Of a stretch of DNA of 64,000 bases, positions 34,704 to 48,200 are shown in pieces. The notes beneath the pieces were generated by a model. The model searched no databases. It was not told where the DNA came from and worked only from the letters and a program-made list of their open reading frames with translations. The stretch lies in the NCBI GenBank assembly GCA_051362555.1, contig CM120647.1, forward strand, positions 14,856,651 to 14,920,650, read 5' to 3'. Every line of letters begins with the position of its first letter. The first letter of the stretch is position 1. This stretch comes from Lingula anatina (taxonomy: Eukaryota; Animalia; Brachiopoda). A program made the position numbers and the translations under genes.

Positions 34704-37700
34704 CTTAGCTGTGGGAAATTTTTATAGCCAGCCGCATACGTGTCGATAGGTGCGGAGCATGCCGTAACACTGCCGGATAAAAAGTGAAGCTGTAAAGAAT
34801 GTTTGATAATCTATTAGTCGGCGGCAATGAAAAGTAAATATTAACGCCGTACGAATTGAAGCCCAACAAGTATATACGGTTATTCTGCACTTTGAATACT
34901 TTAAATGGTTTATAATTCCACTCTCTGATGAATTCTCCAAAACTTAAATCTTGCAGTGGGTAATACTATACTTACATACAATCGACCTGGTTCGTGGTAC
35001 CCAAGTCAAAGGTAGAGGAGTCGGATTTTCGGTCTTTAAAAACCACTAGCCTAACTTAAAACGTATGGGTGGGTTTTGATGAAATGAGATAGGCCACAAA
35101 ACAACTCATTAAAAAGTGATTTACCAACGAACACCTTATTTATAGTGCGCCATTGCACAGGGTCCGTTTGTGTGTATTTTCTGTATCTGTCCTGTCACGC
35201 AGGCTCCAATAGCTCTGCCCGTCTGGTTTCTAATGAACATTTAATACTCAGTAGAGGCAGATGTAACGTGGGAAAGTAAATCTAATTATACAACCTTCGC
35301 CCACTGCAATCGGACGACTAGCACCGTGCAAATGTTGTACTGTTCTGAATTTGAAGGCTGCAAAATCTTCTTGCAAACTTCACTCAAATTTGACTGGTTT
35401 GATTAGTGAATATTCAATAGTAATAAGAATTGAGTTTTTTTTTTTTTTTTTTTTCGCTCTTCGAGTAATTTTCTCGTTACTATGAATTTTTATTTGTTTG
35501 TTTTTAAGAGCGTTTAAGTTTTTATCTTTACTGTCGTATTTTAATGTTTTAAAATAGCTAAATGAAGTACAGTAAATGAATCAATAAATACAATAACATA
35601 GATATATTTTTCAATCAGAGAAGAATTGAAAACAAATAATATTTAAGAGATCTCTGCCTTTATAACTTAGTAGAAAAACTTCTCTTTTAATGCCAACATA
35701 AAGTCACACACAAACAACCACGTGTATATATTGACCGAAACCTTTTATTTAAAATCCCACATTTGCAAAGTATGTTTCATAATTTCTGACTATAAACTCA
35801 TCAATATATAGACATAGACATCCATATACATGGATATAAGTATAACCACGATAACATCAAGTCACTACCATGTAGGTATACATGTAATCACGTTAAAACC
35901 TCGTGTCACAGATTGCTTCTATTGATAAAAACACCCAACTGTGTAGTATTTTATTTCACATGCAGAAGGGGAAAAAGATATTTGTACGACCGTAATGTCA
36001 GTCACCAAGTCCAGAATGAGTCTATGTTACAGCGCATAAAACACTTAAGTTCAATAAAATAATAATTAAGTAATAAAAAACATACACCCGTTTAATAAAT
36101 AAAAAACAAATAGCTAAATTAATAACCATGTTTCAAGGCAAATGTACTTAAATAAATATTTAGCTCACCTGTAGAAAGAAATTAAAGATGAAGTCAACAA
36201 GTAGAGAAAGAATCGCGGCTCTAATCACGTAAATGAAAACGGCTATTATCAAGTTAAATAATTAACTTATCAGAGGAAATAATCAGTGCCCGCCAAAGAA
36301 AGGAAAAAATAGTAATGTTGGTGCAATATGAAAAGTGGAAAGAGTATCTTACCCAAAGTAGTTGATGTTGGATTTTATGTGAAAGTGGATGTAATTGCTG
36401 TTGTCGTGTTTGGTCTAAAAAGAATGTACAAATTATTGACACGTTTGGCCTTGTACAATCCTGTCAAATAAGCAATACTGTACGTAGAGGAGCTGAGCCC
36501 AGCATCACTGCCATTGCATGTGTTGCAGCCAAGTGCTGCAGGACAAATATATAAAGTAATGGGAACAGACTACAGTTCCTGGTGGATTTCCATTCCTGTT
36601 ACACCGGATCCAAGACTTCTGTCTGGCAGGATTCACAGTGACTTTGAAAATGACTAATCACGGGCCATAAAAGATATTTTTGTAAATTAAATTAATATGC
36701 CTGTTTCTCAAACGACGTTGTCTTCATTTTTTCTTATTTGATTTGATTTAAAACCATTTGAAAAAGAGATTTACAATTTTAACTTCATCTATTGTTATTC
36801 CATCATAAACAAACATGTAAATGTTGAATTATTCCTGCAGAACTGAATATTTTTGTCTTGTTGGCTCAAAGTGAAATATCATGAGTGGAAGAGAACAGTC
36901 AATGGACTTGCAGCGGCATTGTCTCTCTGGTTATTTGATGGTAAAAAAAAACAAAATGAAAAGTGTTCATTACAAGTGACTATTTGTATGATTATTCACC
37001 CAATGCTAAAAGTGGCATAAAAGGTTAAATGTTGATTTACTGACGCATTTTTGGAGAAAAAATCTTTATGAAAGGTTTTAGTGGTTGACTTCTGAGCTTG
37101 CAAAGTGTAAACGCGACAAGCTGTAACGAAAAGTCGAAACTTATGATATTTGAAAAAGAAAAAGCTAGCCGCGTGGACTCTGATATTTACTCTACATGAG
37201 TTGGAAGCTTGTAGCTAACGTTTTATGCATGTGGTTTCACGAAAAAAAGCAACTAAAAACCTTGAAAAAATGTAAAAAATGCAGGGCTCAGCTGTTCGTC
37301 ATTGATTAGTGACAAGAGAAACCACGTCAGATTGAATACATGTTCACGGATTGTACAATGGAGTAAGTTTCCTTAAAATCTGGAACAATTATCCTTTGGA
37401 AATGGGAGAACAATGTGGCAAAAGTTTCCGAAATTCATTTTGTCTTGAAGAAAAACTTATTCGTGACACGACATTATGGATTTGTTAATTTGAGAGGGAC
37501 ATTTTGAAAACGTGATTTTAACGTGATATTCTTTAGTTTTTACATTTTCCCAAATGTCTGCTCTTTTGTCTGTCACATACCGCAAGATCTCCTGTTAATA
37601 ACAAGATAACATATTATTGTGATTTTTATGAAAAGGGGGGGATCACGTAAAAGATACCTTGCAATTGTTTACAGTGTGCGTGTGTGTGTTTGTTGTTTTT

Positions 37701-37881
37701 ATAGTTATATGGTATTGATTGGCTAGATTCGTGCATCTTAATTTAAGTCAACACGAAAGCTAACCAAAACGACAGTTCCCACATTCCTGAAGTAAGAACG
37801 AATCAGTGAGTCGGCCATTTCTGTATTAAAACTACGCAAAATACTGCAGCAGAGTACTGAGAGGAAAGAGACACATCAATA

Positions 37882-40800
37882 ATGAAGGTCTTTATGCTTT
37901 TGTTAATGTTAGGGTATTCCTTGATTGATTCAGAAAAAGAAATTCCAGTGGAAGCGTCAAGACCAGGAATTTCTAGGGCGTTGCCCAACTTTGCAATGGT
38001 CACGTCTACAACTCCAAATGGCCCAAGGTCTGTCAGCAGTCGAGAACAGCGGCTGACAACAACACGACCTAGGCATAAAAGCACCAGAGTTCCCAGGTTC
38101 ACTGAGAGTGACTCCCCTATGATCACCGGAAGTGACGTCCCTATGATCACCGGAAGCGACTCACCTATGGTCAACAAAAGTGGCTCACCCGTTGTCGACA
38201 AAGGCAGCTCACCTTCGTTCACCGGAAGTAATTTACCTACGGTCAACAAAGGTGGATCTCCTATGGTCACAAGGGCGAACACAGCAGCTGTAAATAAGAT
38301 GTTTGTCTCTACTGCCGCGTCCACAAACAAGGTCACAAACAATAAGATTCATACAACAAAGAAGGGACTACCAAATGTACAGGTTAACTTCCCTGCTTCC
38401 ACTCCAGAGGCCCCGAACCTCAACTCAAATGTAAACTATGGAAGCACACGCCAATACAGCCCCAATCATGTATTACATGGACATTCATCTAACCATTCAC
38501 TGAAATTAGAACAATTTGCTCCAACTTCCTCCATGTTGTATTCTCATAAGGAACTAATGCTTCTTAACGTAACAGTAAACACCCCGTTCTGTGCTGCTCG
38601 TAGTGATGGGTTAAGTAATGATGTCGTTCTCGTAACCTGCTACTGCGACGACTTGTGTGACGTGTTTGGTGATTGCTGTTGGCCATATGACCGCTTTTGC
38701 AATGAGACCAAAATCACCGGGATTGAACTACATAGAAATGATACAGAATGTTGGTTACAGGGGTCTAGAGAAATTGAGGGCGTTTACAGTAAATTCTATT
38801 GGATAGTGTCTTCTTGTCCAAGCAACTGGCACGATGAAGAAGTTCGAGTAAAATGCCAGTTAAAAGACTGGTCCAATGACATAGCTGTTGTGTTGCCCGT
38901 CTCGTCAGCAGAGTCAAACGTCACATTTAAAAACTCTTTTTGTGCCACCTGTCACAACGTGACGGCGCACAAAGCATGGAAACCCAGACTTGTTTGTCAC
39001 AAGTCCCAAATCGAAGTTTTCAAAGATGCTACCACCGTTGCCGGAGTTTTGGAGAAGATCCATTTGACACCAGATTGCATGCTGTTTTTTGGCACACCAG
39101 ACGATCATACAGGACGCCCCTGCATAGGTCCTGAAGGAGGACACGAACCAAAAAGCGGAACCAACAACGGAAGATGCCCATTCACATATGATGCCGAATC
39201 TGTGCGTCTTTGTAATTCTGGAGCCGTGTCAGTGACTTATTTTGCAGGGCCTAATGGCCGCTCTTATGGTCGGAATCTATTCTGTTGGCTTTGCCATGCG
39301 CCTGCAAATACTACTTCAAGCATCCAGCGCTGTAATGAAAACGGTGAGTCTTCTCAGTAGCAACATTTTTATTCAATTATTGAGTTATATGTTAAACTCA
39401 TTATCAAAATGGGGTATAGAACAATGATAATTATAGTCATTATATCTTCCATTGTACGTACTGCTCGATTTTATAATTCCTTAAAATATAGACAAATAAA
39501 AAAATTAAAGATGAAATGACAATAAAAATCAGATTGGACAAGACATTCCAAATACCATTAAAATATTTTAATAACGTTAAGACTTTTCTTTTCAACTTAT
39601 ATCTAAATTCAGGTACTCTTTGCGGGATATACTAGCCAAAATGAACTTGACTCTTTGTTGTAAAACAAATGACTTACACTTTCACTTATTAAAGATAATA
39701 ATTAAAAGAAAATCAAACAAGTAAAAGGATAGGGAGTTTTTATTGAGTGTAAAGAGTCAACATGAACAAGTGTAGAAAATGTTTTCGTGGTAGGAAAAGA
39801 TGGAACATGTCAAAGTCATATATAGCTCGATTTGATGGGTTAATTTTTCAATAGATTTGCTAGTTTCGGACAAGGTCCAAGAATGGATAATTCAAATTAT
39901 ATATTAAATATTTCAAATTGAAAACAAGTCCCTTAGAATTTACTTAATAAGGAAATGCTGAATGGTATCTTGCAACATGAGAATGAAAAATTCCTTGTAA
40001 TGACGCAAAGACAGGGGAAAGAAAACAAGTAAACGCATGATCAGTACGGAGAAATTGAATATAAATACTGAAATTGTATGAAAAGAGAGTCGGTGAATAA
40101 ATATTTGAAAGATCCATATAGTCGTTATTGTCACTATAACATCTGTTTTTATTTTTCATGTTATTTTTCTATACGTTCTTCTCTCTGTTTCTTTGGTATG
40201 CAGGTGAATTAGTGAGCAAGGCGTTCGAAACTCAGGGCCTTTCCGCTATGATAGATTATCAAAGAGAAGCACGATGCCAAGAAAGTTGGAATCAGGTAAG
40301 CATGCAAAATCCCTAAGCTAAAACCCTTTGGGCGTCTAAATACGCAGTGGCGGTCTTGGGTGGGGTGGGGGGGGTCCTGACCAACTTCCATTTCTGAAAA
40401 TAATTCACACGAATGAAATTAGAATTTTGACTAGCTGAATCATAGTTGTAAACCGTACCAAATGGCACCGTTAGCCCTCTAAAATACCAAAATATTTCGG
40501 GGCCCTTTAGCGGGCCCCGAACTCCACGCCAAGGAAGGGGGGCTTCGCATCCGCGGACCCCCCTTCAAATAATCCTGGATCCGCCCCTGTTACGCAATGA
40601 TTCCACAAATATCTTTAGTCATGATCTTGGAGCACTGATCAGAATCAATAGTTTTAATGTATCTTGTGAAGCAGCTGCTATTCAGTTACGTAAAATAAAT
40701 ATATTTTTTAAAATATTGTAAAATATTAGATATATATTGTTATGATAGAGTGGTGACAAGATCACGTCCATAGAATCTTGTCATGTTATTTAAATTATTC

Positions 40801-41595
40801 ACCTATTCTTAAAACTTATTTATTCCAGTTCCACTGGTAAATAAACATTGTGTTTGCAATGATCTTACAAGTTTACGCATTGAAGTGACCACTAGTGCGA
40901 CTGTGACATTGGACCGAAAACTGTTTTAGCATGCGTACCATTTAGGCATACTGAACAAATACATGTACATGGACACATAACAAACATTTCGCTCCTTAAT
41001 CATTTGGATTTTATTTCAGGACACCTGTAAGCAGACTGAAGAATGTCAAGGGGATGAAAAATGGTGCTCTCTGCCCCTTGATTTCATCATAAACTTGAAA
41101 TTCAACATGACTTTAAAACTCAGTCCCAAACAACCCCTTAAAGGTCCATGTGGACTAACGCCACTCTGTGACATTGACTTTACAATTTTCAGAGGGGGAG
41201 ATTTATCTGACTTTTTTCCACGTGGCGCGTGGGTGATCACAATGATAAGGAGGTTTAGAGATGGGTGGTGCATCCTCCCTCGAAATGAAAGGGGTAACGT
41301 GACCGTCATTGTACCAATTACGCTCAAGCAGAGCGTCCGCCGTGTGCGTGATGCTAGGCAATTGTTCGAGGACTTCCTGGATCAAGTTGAAGCTCATATA
41401 AAGAAATCTTACCGTCAGATTCCTTACGAAGGAATCGATTATGACGTAATTGTCGTGAGAGACCGCGGTTCCTCCGCAGAGACCCCATCTAGAAGAGACA
41501 ATCCCGAGCATCCCGTATCTTCTCTTTCTCGAACCCAACACAATCTAATGTTATGGCAGATTTTGATGATGGCAATTATTATTGCTTACATTTAA
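37882..41595 (+). CDS. Secreted or cell-surface somatomedin-B/Cys-rich protein with mucin-like stalk, paralogue 1; exons 37882-39343, 40204-40295, 41020-41595; about 709 aa
   Basis: Hydrophobic N-terminus; S/T/P-rich region; CYCDDLCDVFGDCCWPYDRFC; SSCP..C..PV..TFKNSFCATCHN; hydrophobic end LMLWQILMMAIIIAYI; GT-AG sites and exon 1-2 lengths shared with paralogue 2. Confidence 0.85.
38095..38270 (+). repeat. Coding 24-bp (8-aa) degenerate repeat in the stalk, about 7 units; counterpart about 45485-45660
   Basis: FTESDSPM ITGSDVPM ITGSDSPM VNKSGSPV VDKGSSPS FTGSNLPT VNKGGSPM. Confidence 0.75.
40345..40589. mobile_element. PIF/Harbinger-like MITE in intron 2 of paralogue 1
   Basis: Ends CAGTGGCGG.. 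/ ..TCCTGGATCCGCCCCTG; GC-rich; absent after the matching GGGCGTCT in paralogue 2 (about 48950). Confidence 0.6.
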
Positions 41596-42887
41596 AATGT
41601 AAGATTGTCTGAATAAACATTCATTCCCATGTCAGTATTTGACGGCTAAAATAAGATATTGATATTGACCTTTGGGTTTTTGGTAATAAAGAATTTTGAG
41701 GACTTCTTATTCTCCATTTCACCGCGTTCCTGATAGTAGGGAATTTGATTTTTTTTTTTAAATACCATCCATCTGTGTTGGAACATTAATGGTTCGAAAA
41801 CAGAGGTTATAACTATAGACAGAAGTATTATGATTGTCATAATGCGTGTTCCCCTTGTCGGCCTATTGTTATACACGTAAATACATGTGCTGTAACTGTA
41901 TGTAGTTCAGATAAGCATATTTGAAAGGGCATACTCTGATTAAATAATAAAATGCGGATGGATGTTTTCGAAGGGCCTAACCAACAGTTTAAAGCTGCAT
42001 ACTGAACATCGACATTGCCTTGCTTGAGTGTCGTGACAGCGTGCATCATTCAATGATACAATTTGCTTCTTCAAGTTACCATTCATAATGAGTTGAAAAG
42101 AGCAGAAACCCTGCTCGCTCCCTTTACCGCAACGAGCTAATATGTCGCTTTTTAGTTACAATGAAAAGATAGGCTTACCAAAACCACAGCCACAATGCCT
42201 CAGAGGCAGATAATCTTACACATGCTTTTTGCTTTGCAACATTTAAAACATATGTTACTTTCAAATAATCAGAAAAATGGCGAAAAAACTGAGCATGTAT
42301 GTTTTAACTTCTGACTGACAACTTTTATGCTTTCGTCTTCTCGGTGCTAAATGACTTTGAAACATTTCTATGCGTGACGCGAGAATATAGACTTTATAAT
42401 TGGCTTGTGGAAAAAGCATAATGATTCTTATCTCAGCAATAATTCTTTTTCCAGAACATGAAAATTGACCAATTTAACAAACCGCTGACCGTGCCTGGTC
42501 AAAAAGAAATAAATAAGTAAGAATAAATAAAGAGAACTTCAAAATGGCATCCAGAACAAACAATATTTAAATAAAAAATTAGCTGAATTATATGGGCTTG
42601 TTCCTAAGATCGAATCAAATCCGCGGGATTTCTCGCTGAATTCAATCGCTTTATAAGATGAACCTCCTGACGTTGAGTAGAATACAGAAAAGTTTGAGTA
42701 TAATACAGAAAAGAAAGGTACGCTTGTTATTGTTAAACTACATTGGACACGATAGTAGGCTCGATAATTTGCTAATACACTCCTGCCAAACTTGGTATTC
42801 ACATGGTACCTTGAAACACTTTTATATTTCAATCTGTCCCTCTTTGTGAAGATCACGGACTGTATTTGTTCGGTTTTGTTGGCATTC

Positions 42888-43460
42888 TAATAACCTTGAT
42901 AATATGTCTGACAGCCCAAGAAGGTCCGCCATAATAACCTTGATAACATGTCTGACAGCCCAAGAAGGTCCGCCATAATAACCTTGATAACATGTCTGAC
43001 AGCCCAAGAAGGTCCGCCATAATAACCTTGATAACATGTCTGACAGCCCAAGAAGGTCCGCCATAATAAACTTGATAACATGTCTGACAGCCCAAGAAGG
43101 TCCGCCATAATAACCTTGATAACATGTCTGACAGCCCAAGAAGGTCCGCCATAATAACCTTGATAACATGTCTGACAGCCCAAGAAGGTCCGCCATAATA
43201 ACCTTGATAACATGTCTGACAGCCCAAGAAGGTCCGCCATAATAAACTTCATAACATGTCTGACAGCCCAAGAAGGTCCGCCATAATAACCTTGATAACA
43301 TGTCTGACAGCCCAAGAAGGTCCGCCATAATAACCTTGATAACATGTCTGACAGCCCAAGAAGGTCCGCCATAATAACCTTGATAACATGTCTGACACCC
43401 CAAGAAGGTCCGCCATAATAACCTTGATAACATGTCTGACACCCCAAGAAGGTCCGCCAT
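42888..43460. repeat. 44-bp minisatellite, 13 near-identical units
   Basis: Unit CCATAATAACCTTGATAACATGTCTGACAGCCCAAGAAGGTCCG, head to tail without spacers. Confidence 0.97.
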
Positions 43461-43820
43461 GATAGCCGTTTTGATAACGGGTTAGGATCCTCAGTCGTGG
43501 GTCATCCCTGCCTCCAGGATGTAATAACGGACGGCCTGGACTTGGCCTCTGTGTTCATATACCCCTGTACTAACCAAAGATTGCTTCTGTTAGATGCGAT
43601 GGACATTTTCTTCTGACAAAATACCCTGTCTGAGAATATTAAGTAATTTCCCTTTCCATCATTTTATGCGAGCTCAAAAAAAAATCACTTATTTGTAAAA
43701 AAATAGTTAAACACGTCATCCATACATAAATAAAGGAATGTCACATTTTGAATTTGAATGAATAGAAACAGTGCATAAATGTTTGAACCCCTGTCTCATT
43801 ACCATCATTTAATACTTTGT

Positions 43821-43900
<80 letters not shown>

Positions 43901-45271
43901 CCATATGATTAGTGCAGGTTAGGGTTAGTCGGAGTATCAGGGTCAGTATATGGGACGAATGCCCCCTGCACAAAGTAATGGGAACAGACTACAGTTCCTG
44001 GCGGATTGCTATTCCTGTTACACTGGACTTCTATCTGACAGGATTCACAGTGACTTTGAAAATGACCTATAGCGGGCCATAAATGACATTTTTGTAAATT
44101 AAATTAATATGCCTGTTTCATAGATGTCGTTGTCTTCATTTTTTTCTTTTTTGATTTGATTTAAAGCCATTTGAAAAAGAGATATACATTTTAACTTCAT
44201 TTATTGTTAATCCATCACAAACAAATATGTAAATGTTAAAAACTTATTTCTGCAAAACTGAATAAATTTGTCTTGTTGGCTCAAAGTGAAATATAATTAG
44301 TGAAAGAAAACAGTCGATAAACGTGCAGCAGCATTGTCTCTCTGGTTATTTGATGGTAAAAAAATGAAAAGTGGTCATTACAAGTGACTATTTGCATGAT
44401 TATTCACCCAATGCTTAAAGTGGCATAAAAGGTTAAATGTTGACTTACTGACGCATTTTTCGAGAAAAAAATCTTTATATAAGATTTTAGTGGTCGACCT
44501 CTGAGCTTGCAAAGAGTAAACGTGACAAGCAGTTACGAAAAGTCGAAACTTATGGCTTTTGAAAATGAAGAAGTTACCGCGTGGATTCTAATATTTACTC
44601 TAAATGAGTTGGAAGCTTGTAACGAACGTTTTAGGCAATGGCATTTCACGAAAACAACTAAAAGCTTTGATAAAAATGTGAAAAAAATGCAGGGCTCAGC
44701 TGTTCGTCATCGATAATTGACAAAAGAAACCACGTCAGATTGAATACACGTTGACGTATTGTACAATGGAGTAAGGGTTTGCTTAAAATCTGGAACAATT
44801 ATCCTTTGGAAATGGGAGAACAATGTGGCAAAGGTTTCCAAAATTCATTTTCTCGGAAAGAAAAACCTTTTCGTGACACGACATTGGGAATTTCTTAATT
44901 TGAAAAGGGACATTTTGTAAATGTGATTTTAACGTGATATTCTTTTGTTTTCACACTTTCCCAAATGTCTGCTCTTTTGTCTGTCATATATCGCATGATC
45001 CCCTGTTAATAATACGATAACAACGTAATTTTTGTTGAAAGGGGAATGACGCAAAAGATACCTTGCGATTGTTTACTGTGTGATGTTGTTTTAGTTATAT
45101 GATATTGATCAGCTAGATGCATGCATATTCATTTACATCAACACGAAAGCTAACCAAAACGACAGTTCTCGCACTCCTGAAGTAAGAGAGAATCAGGGAG
45201 TCGGCCATATCTGTATTAAAACTACGCAAAATACTGCAGCAGAGCACTGAGAGGAAGGAGAGACATCAACA

Positions 45272-48200
45272 ATGAAGGTCTTAATGCTTTTGGTAATGGT
45301 AGTGTATTCCTTGATTTATTCAGAAAAAGAAATTCCAGTGGAAGCGTCAAGGCCAGGAATTTCTAAGGCGTTGCCCAACTTTGCAATGGTCACGTCTACA
45401 ACTCTAAATGTCCCAAGATTTGTCAGCAGTCGAGAACAGCGGCTGACAACAACACGACCTAGGCATAAAAGCACCAGAGTTCCCAGGATCACCGAGAGCG
45501 ACTCACCCATGGTCACTGGAAGTGACTCCCCCATGGTCACCGGAGGTGACTCCCCCATGGTCACCGGAAGTGACTCCACTATGGTCAACAAAAGCAGCTC
45601 ACCTTTCTTCACCAGAAGTAATTTACCTACTGTCAACAAAAGTGGATCTCCTATGGTCACAAGGGCAAACACAGCAGCTGTTAATAAGATGCTTGTCTCT
45701 ACTGCTGCGTCCTCAAACAAGGTCACAAACAATGAGATCCATACAACACAGAAGGAAGTACCCAATGTACAGGTTAACTTCCCTGCTTTTACTCAAGAGG
45801 CCCCGAAACTCAACTCAAATGTAAGCTTTTTAAGCACACGCAAAGCCAGCACCGTTCATGTATCTCAAGGACATTCATCTAACCCTTCACTGAAATTAGA
45901 ACAATTTGCTCCAACTCCCTCCATGTTGTCTTCTGAAAGGGAACTAAGGCTGCTAAACGTAACAGTAAACACCCCGCTCTGTGCTAGTCGTCATGATGGG
46001 TTAACTAATGATGTCGTCCTCGTAACCTGCTACTGCGACGACTTGTGTGACGTGTTTGGTGATTGCTGTTGGCCTTACAACCGCTTTTGCAACAATACCA
46101 AAATCACCGGTATTAACATACATAGAAATAACACAGAGTGTTGGTTACAAGGGTCAGAAGAAATTGAGGACGTATACAGTAAATACTACTGGATAGTGTC
46201 TTCTTGTCCTACCCATTGGCACGATGAAAAAGTTCGAAATAAATGCGAGTTTAAAGACTGGTCCAATGACATAGCTGTTGTGTTGCCGGTATCGTCAGCA
46301 GAGTCAAACGTCACATTTAAAAACTCTTTTTGCGCCATCTGTCACAACGTGACGGAGCACAAAGCTTGGAAACCCAGAATTGTGTGTCACAAGTCACAAA
46401 TAGAAGTTTTCAAAGATGCTACCACCGTTACCGGAGTTTTGGAGAAGATCCATTTGACACCAGATTGCATGCTGTTTTTTGGCACACCAGATCAACACCC
46501 AGGACGCCCCTGCATAGGCCCTGAAGGGGGGCACGAACCAAAAAGTGGAACCAACAACGGAAGATGCCAGTTCACATATGACACCGAATCTGTACGTCTT
46601 TGTAATTCTGGACCCGTGTCAGTGACTTATTTTGCAGGGCTTTATGGCCACTCTTATGGTCGAAATGTATTCTGTTGGTTTTGCCATGTGCCTCCAAATA
46701 CTACCCCAAGCATCCAGCGCTGTAATGAAAACGGTAAGTCGTCTAAGCTGCAAAATCCTCATTTTATCTTTCAGTTATAAGTTGTAAGTCATTACCATTA
46801 TTTGTCAATTCAATATAAATCCATTCCTGAACTGGTGTATGCCATATCCCAATCAAATGTACGCCCTAACTGTAAGTGGCCCAGACCTTATCCCAATTGG
46901 GCATTTGCGTTGTATAGTATAATGAGCATGTAAGTCGGTCATGTAATTTACAGGTGAGCTGCAGCTGTGAAAAAACTCAGGCTGAGCTCAATATTTTTCA
47001 CTTCAATAAAATCCACTATTACAATGACCACTTTACTCTTGGGGAAATGGACAGTTTTTTATATAATCTATACAAATGAAACATTGCTAGCTTTCCCTGC
47101 TACATCTTTGATTAAACATTCCTTTACTAGATATTTTAATCAATCTTTTTTGATATATCTCTTTTATCTTGTATTAAAATTTTAATTTAAAATGATTTCC
47201 CTTTAAATATTTATACAATAATCTTTATTATTATCCCCAGGTTAATACAACTGTATTTCATTTACCACGCCTATAAGTATCATAATATGTGGCTTGATCT
47301 ATTGCATCCCCTATTTAATTACAAATGCCATAGAAACAAACTGGCAGCTCACCTGTAAATTACTCTCCCAATCAACATGCTCACTATGCTGTTAACAATG
47401 CAAAGAATTTTGGGTCTGGGCCACTTATGAAGTGGACTAGATTGGAATCTGACCTGGGACGTGACGTATATATTTTAATCCTTATAATTTGTGTTACAAT
47501 AAAATCGCTTGTTTACACGTTATGCAAAACGTAGATTTACTTCGAATGGTGCAGAGAACAATAATAAAAATACATTGAATATCTTCCATGATATAACTGA
47601 TATACTATGAACTCTATACTGAAATACTATTTGCTTTTATGATTCTTAAAAAATAAATAAATAAATACACACCTAAACATACATTCGCACATAAAATGAC
47701 TAGATAAAAATCAGGTTGTATATTTTACTGGTACAACCATTGGAAGTATTTTATGAACATCAAAATACAATTTTTGGCATGAGATGCACTGAAAATGGTC
47801 TGTTTTGTAATTCAATTTTTAACTATTATTTATTTTATTTTTTTTTTGTCATTATTTATTGGGTATTGAAGGAGATGGATATGTCGAGATGTATGTCCTT
47901 ACCCGCTTAGATAATGCAGAAATAAACATTGTCCTGTTGTAAAATGGTGCTGTCACATAAAAATCCTTACATCGAGATGAATAAACTATTTCGAGATGAT
48001 AAACGTAACGGCAGCGGTTTTTGTCGTTGGAATTTTTGTTTTCAATTTCAAACAAATCTTCCTCGCCTGAAGACCCAGTTAAACACCGTCCAACACCATT
48101 TATACACCTATTTAATTACATCAATCATCACTAGCCTGGTGTCTGAGAATTTTCTTGAAAAGCCTACTTCTGGTTTTATCGGTAAATATGCAGAATTATC

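Noticed and set aside
37803-38342. Minus-strand ORFs (179 aa; 149 aa at 45316-45765)
   Set aside because: Antisense shadow of the repetitive stalk coding sequence
42888-43460. CRISPR array
   Set aside because: Units are contiguous with no unique spacers, there are no cas genes, and the context is eukaryotic
42822-43460. Three overlapping minus-strand ORFs (124-212 aa) as genes
   Set aside because: By-product of a stop-free 44-bp unit cycling through frames; no independent gene signals
43917-43928. GGTTAGGGTTAG as a telomeric remnant (also about 49285)
   Set aside because: Only two units; more simply part of small interspersed repeats
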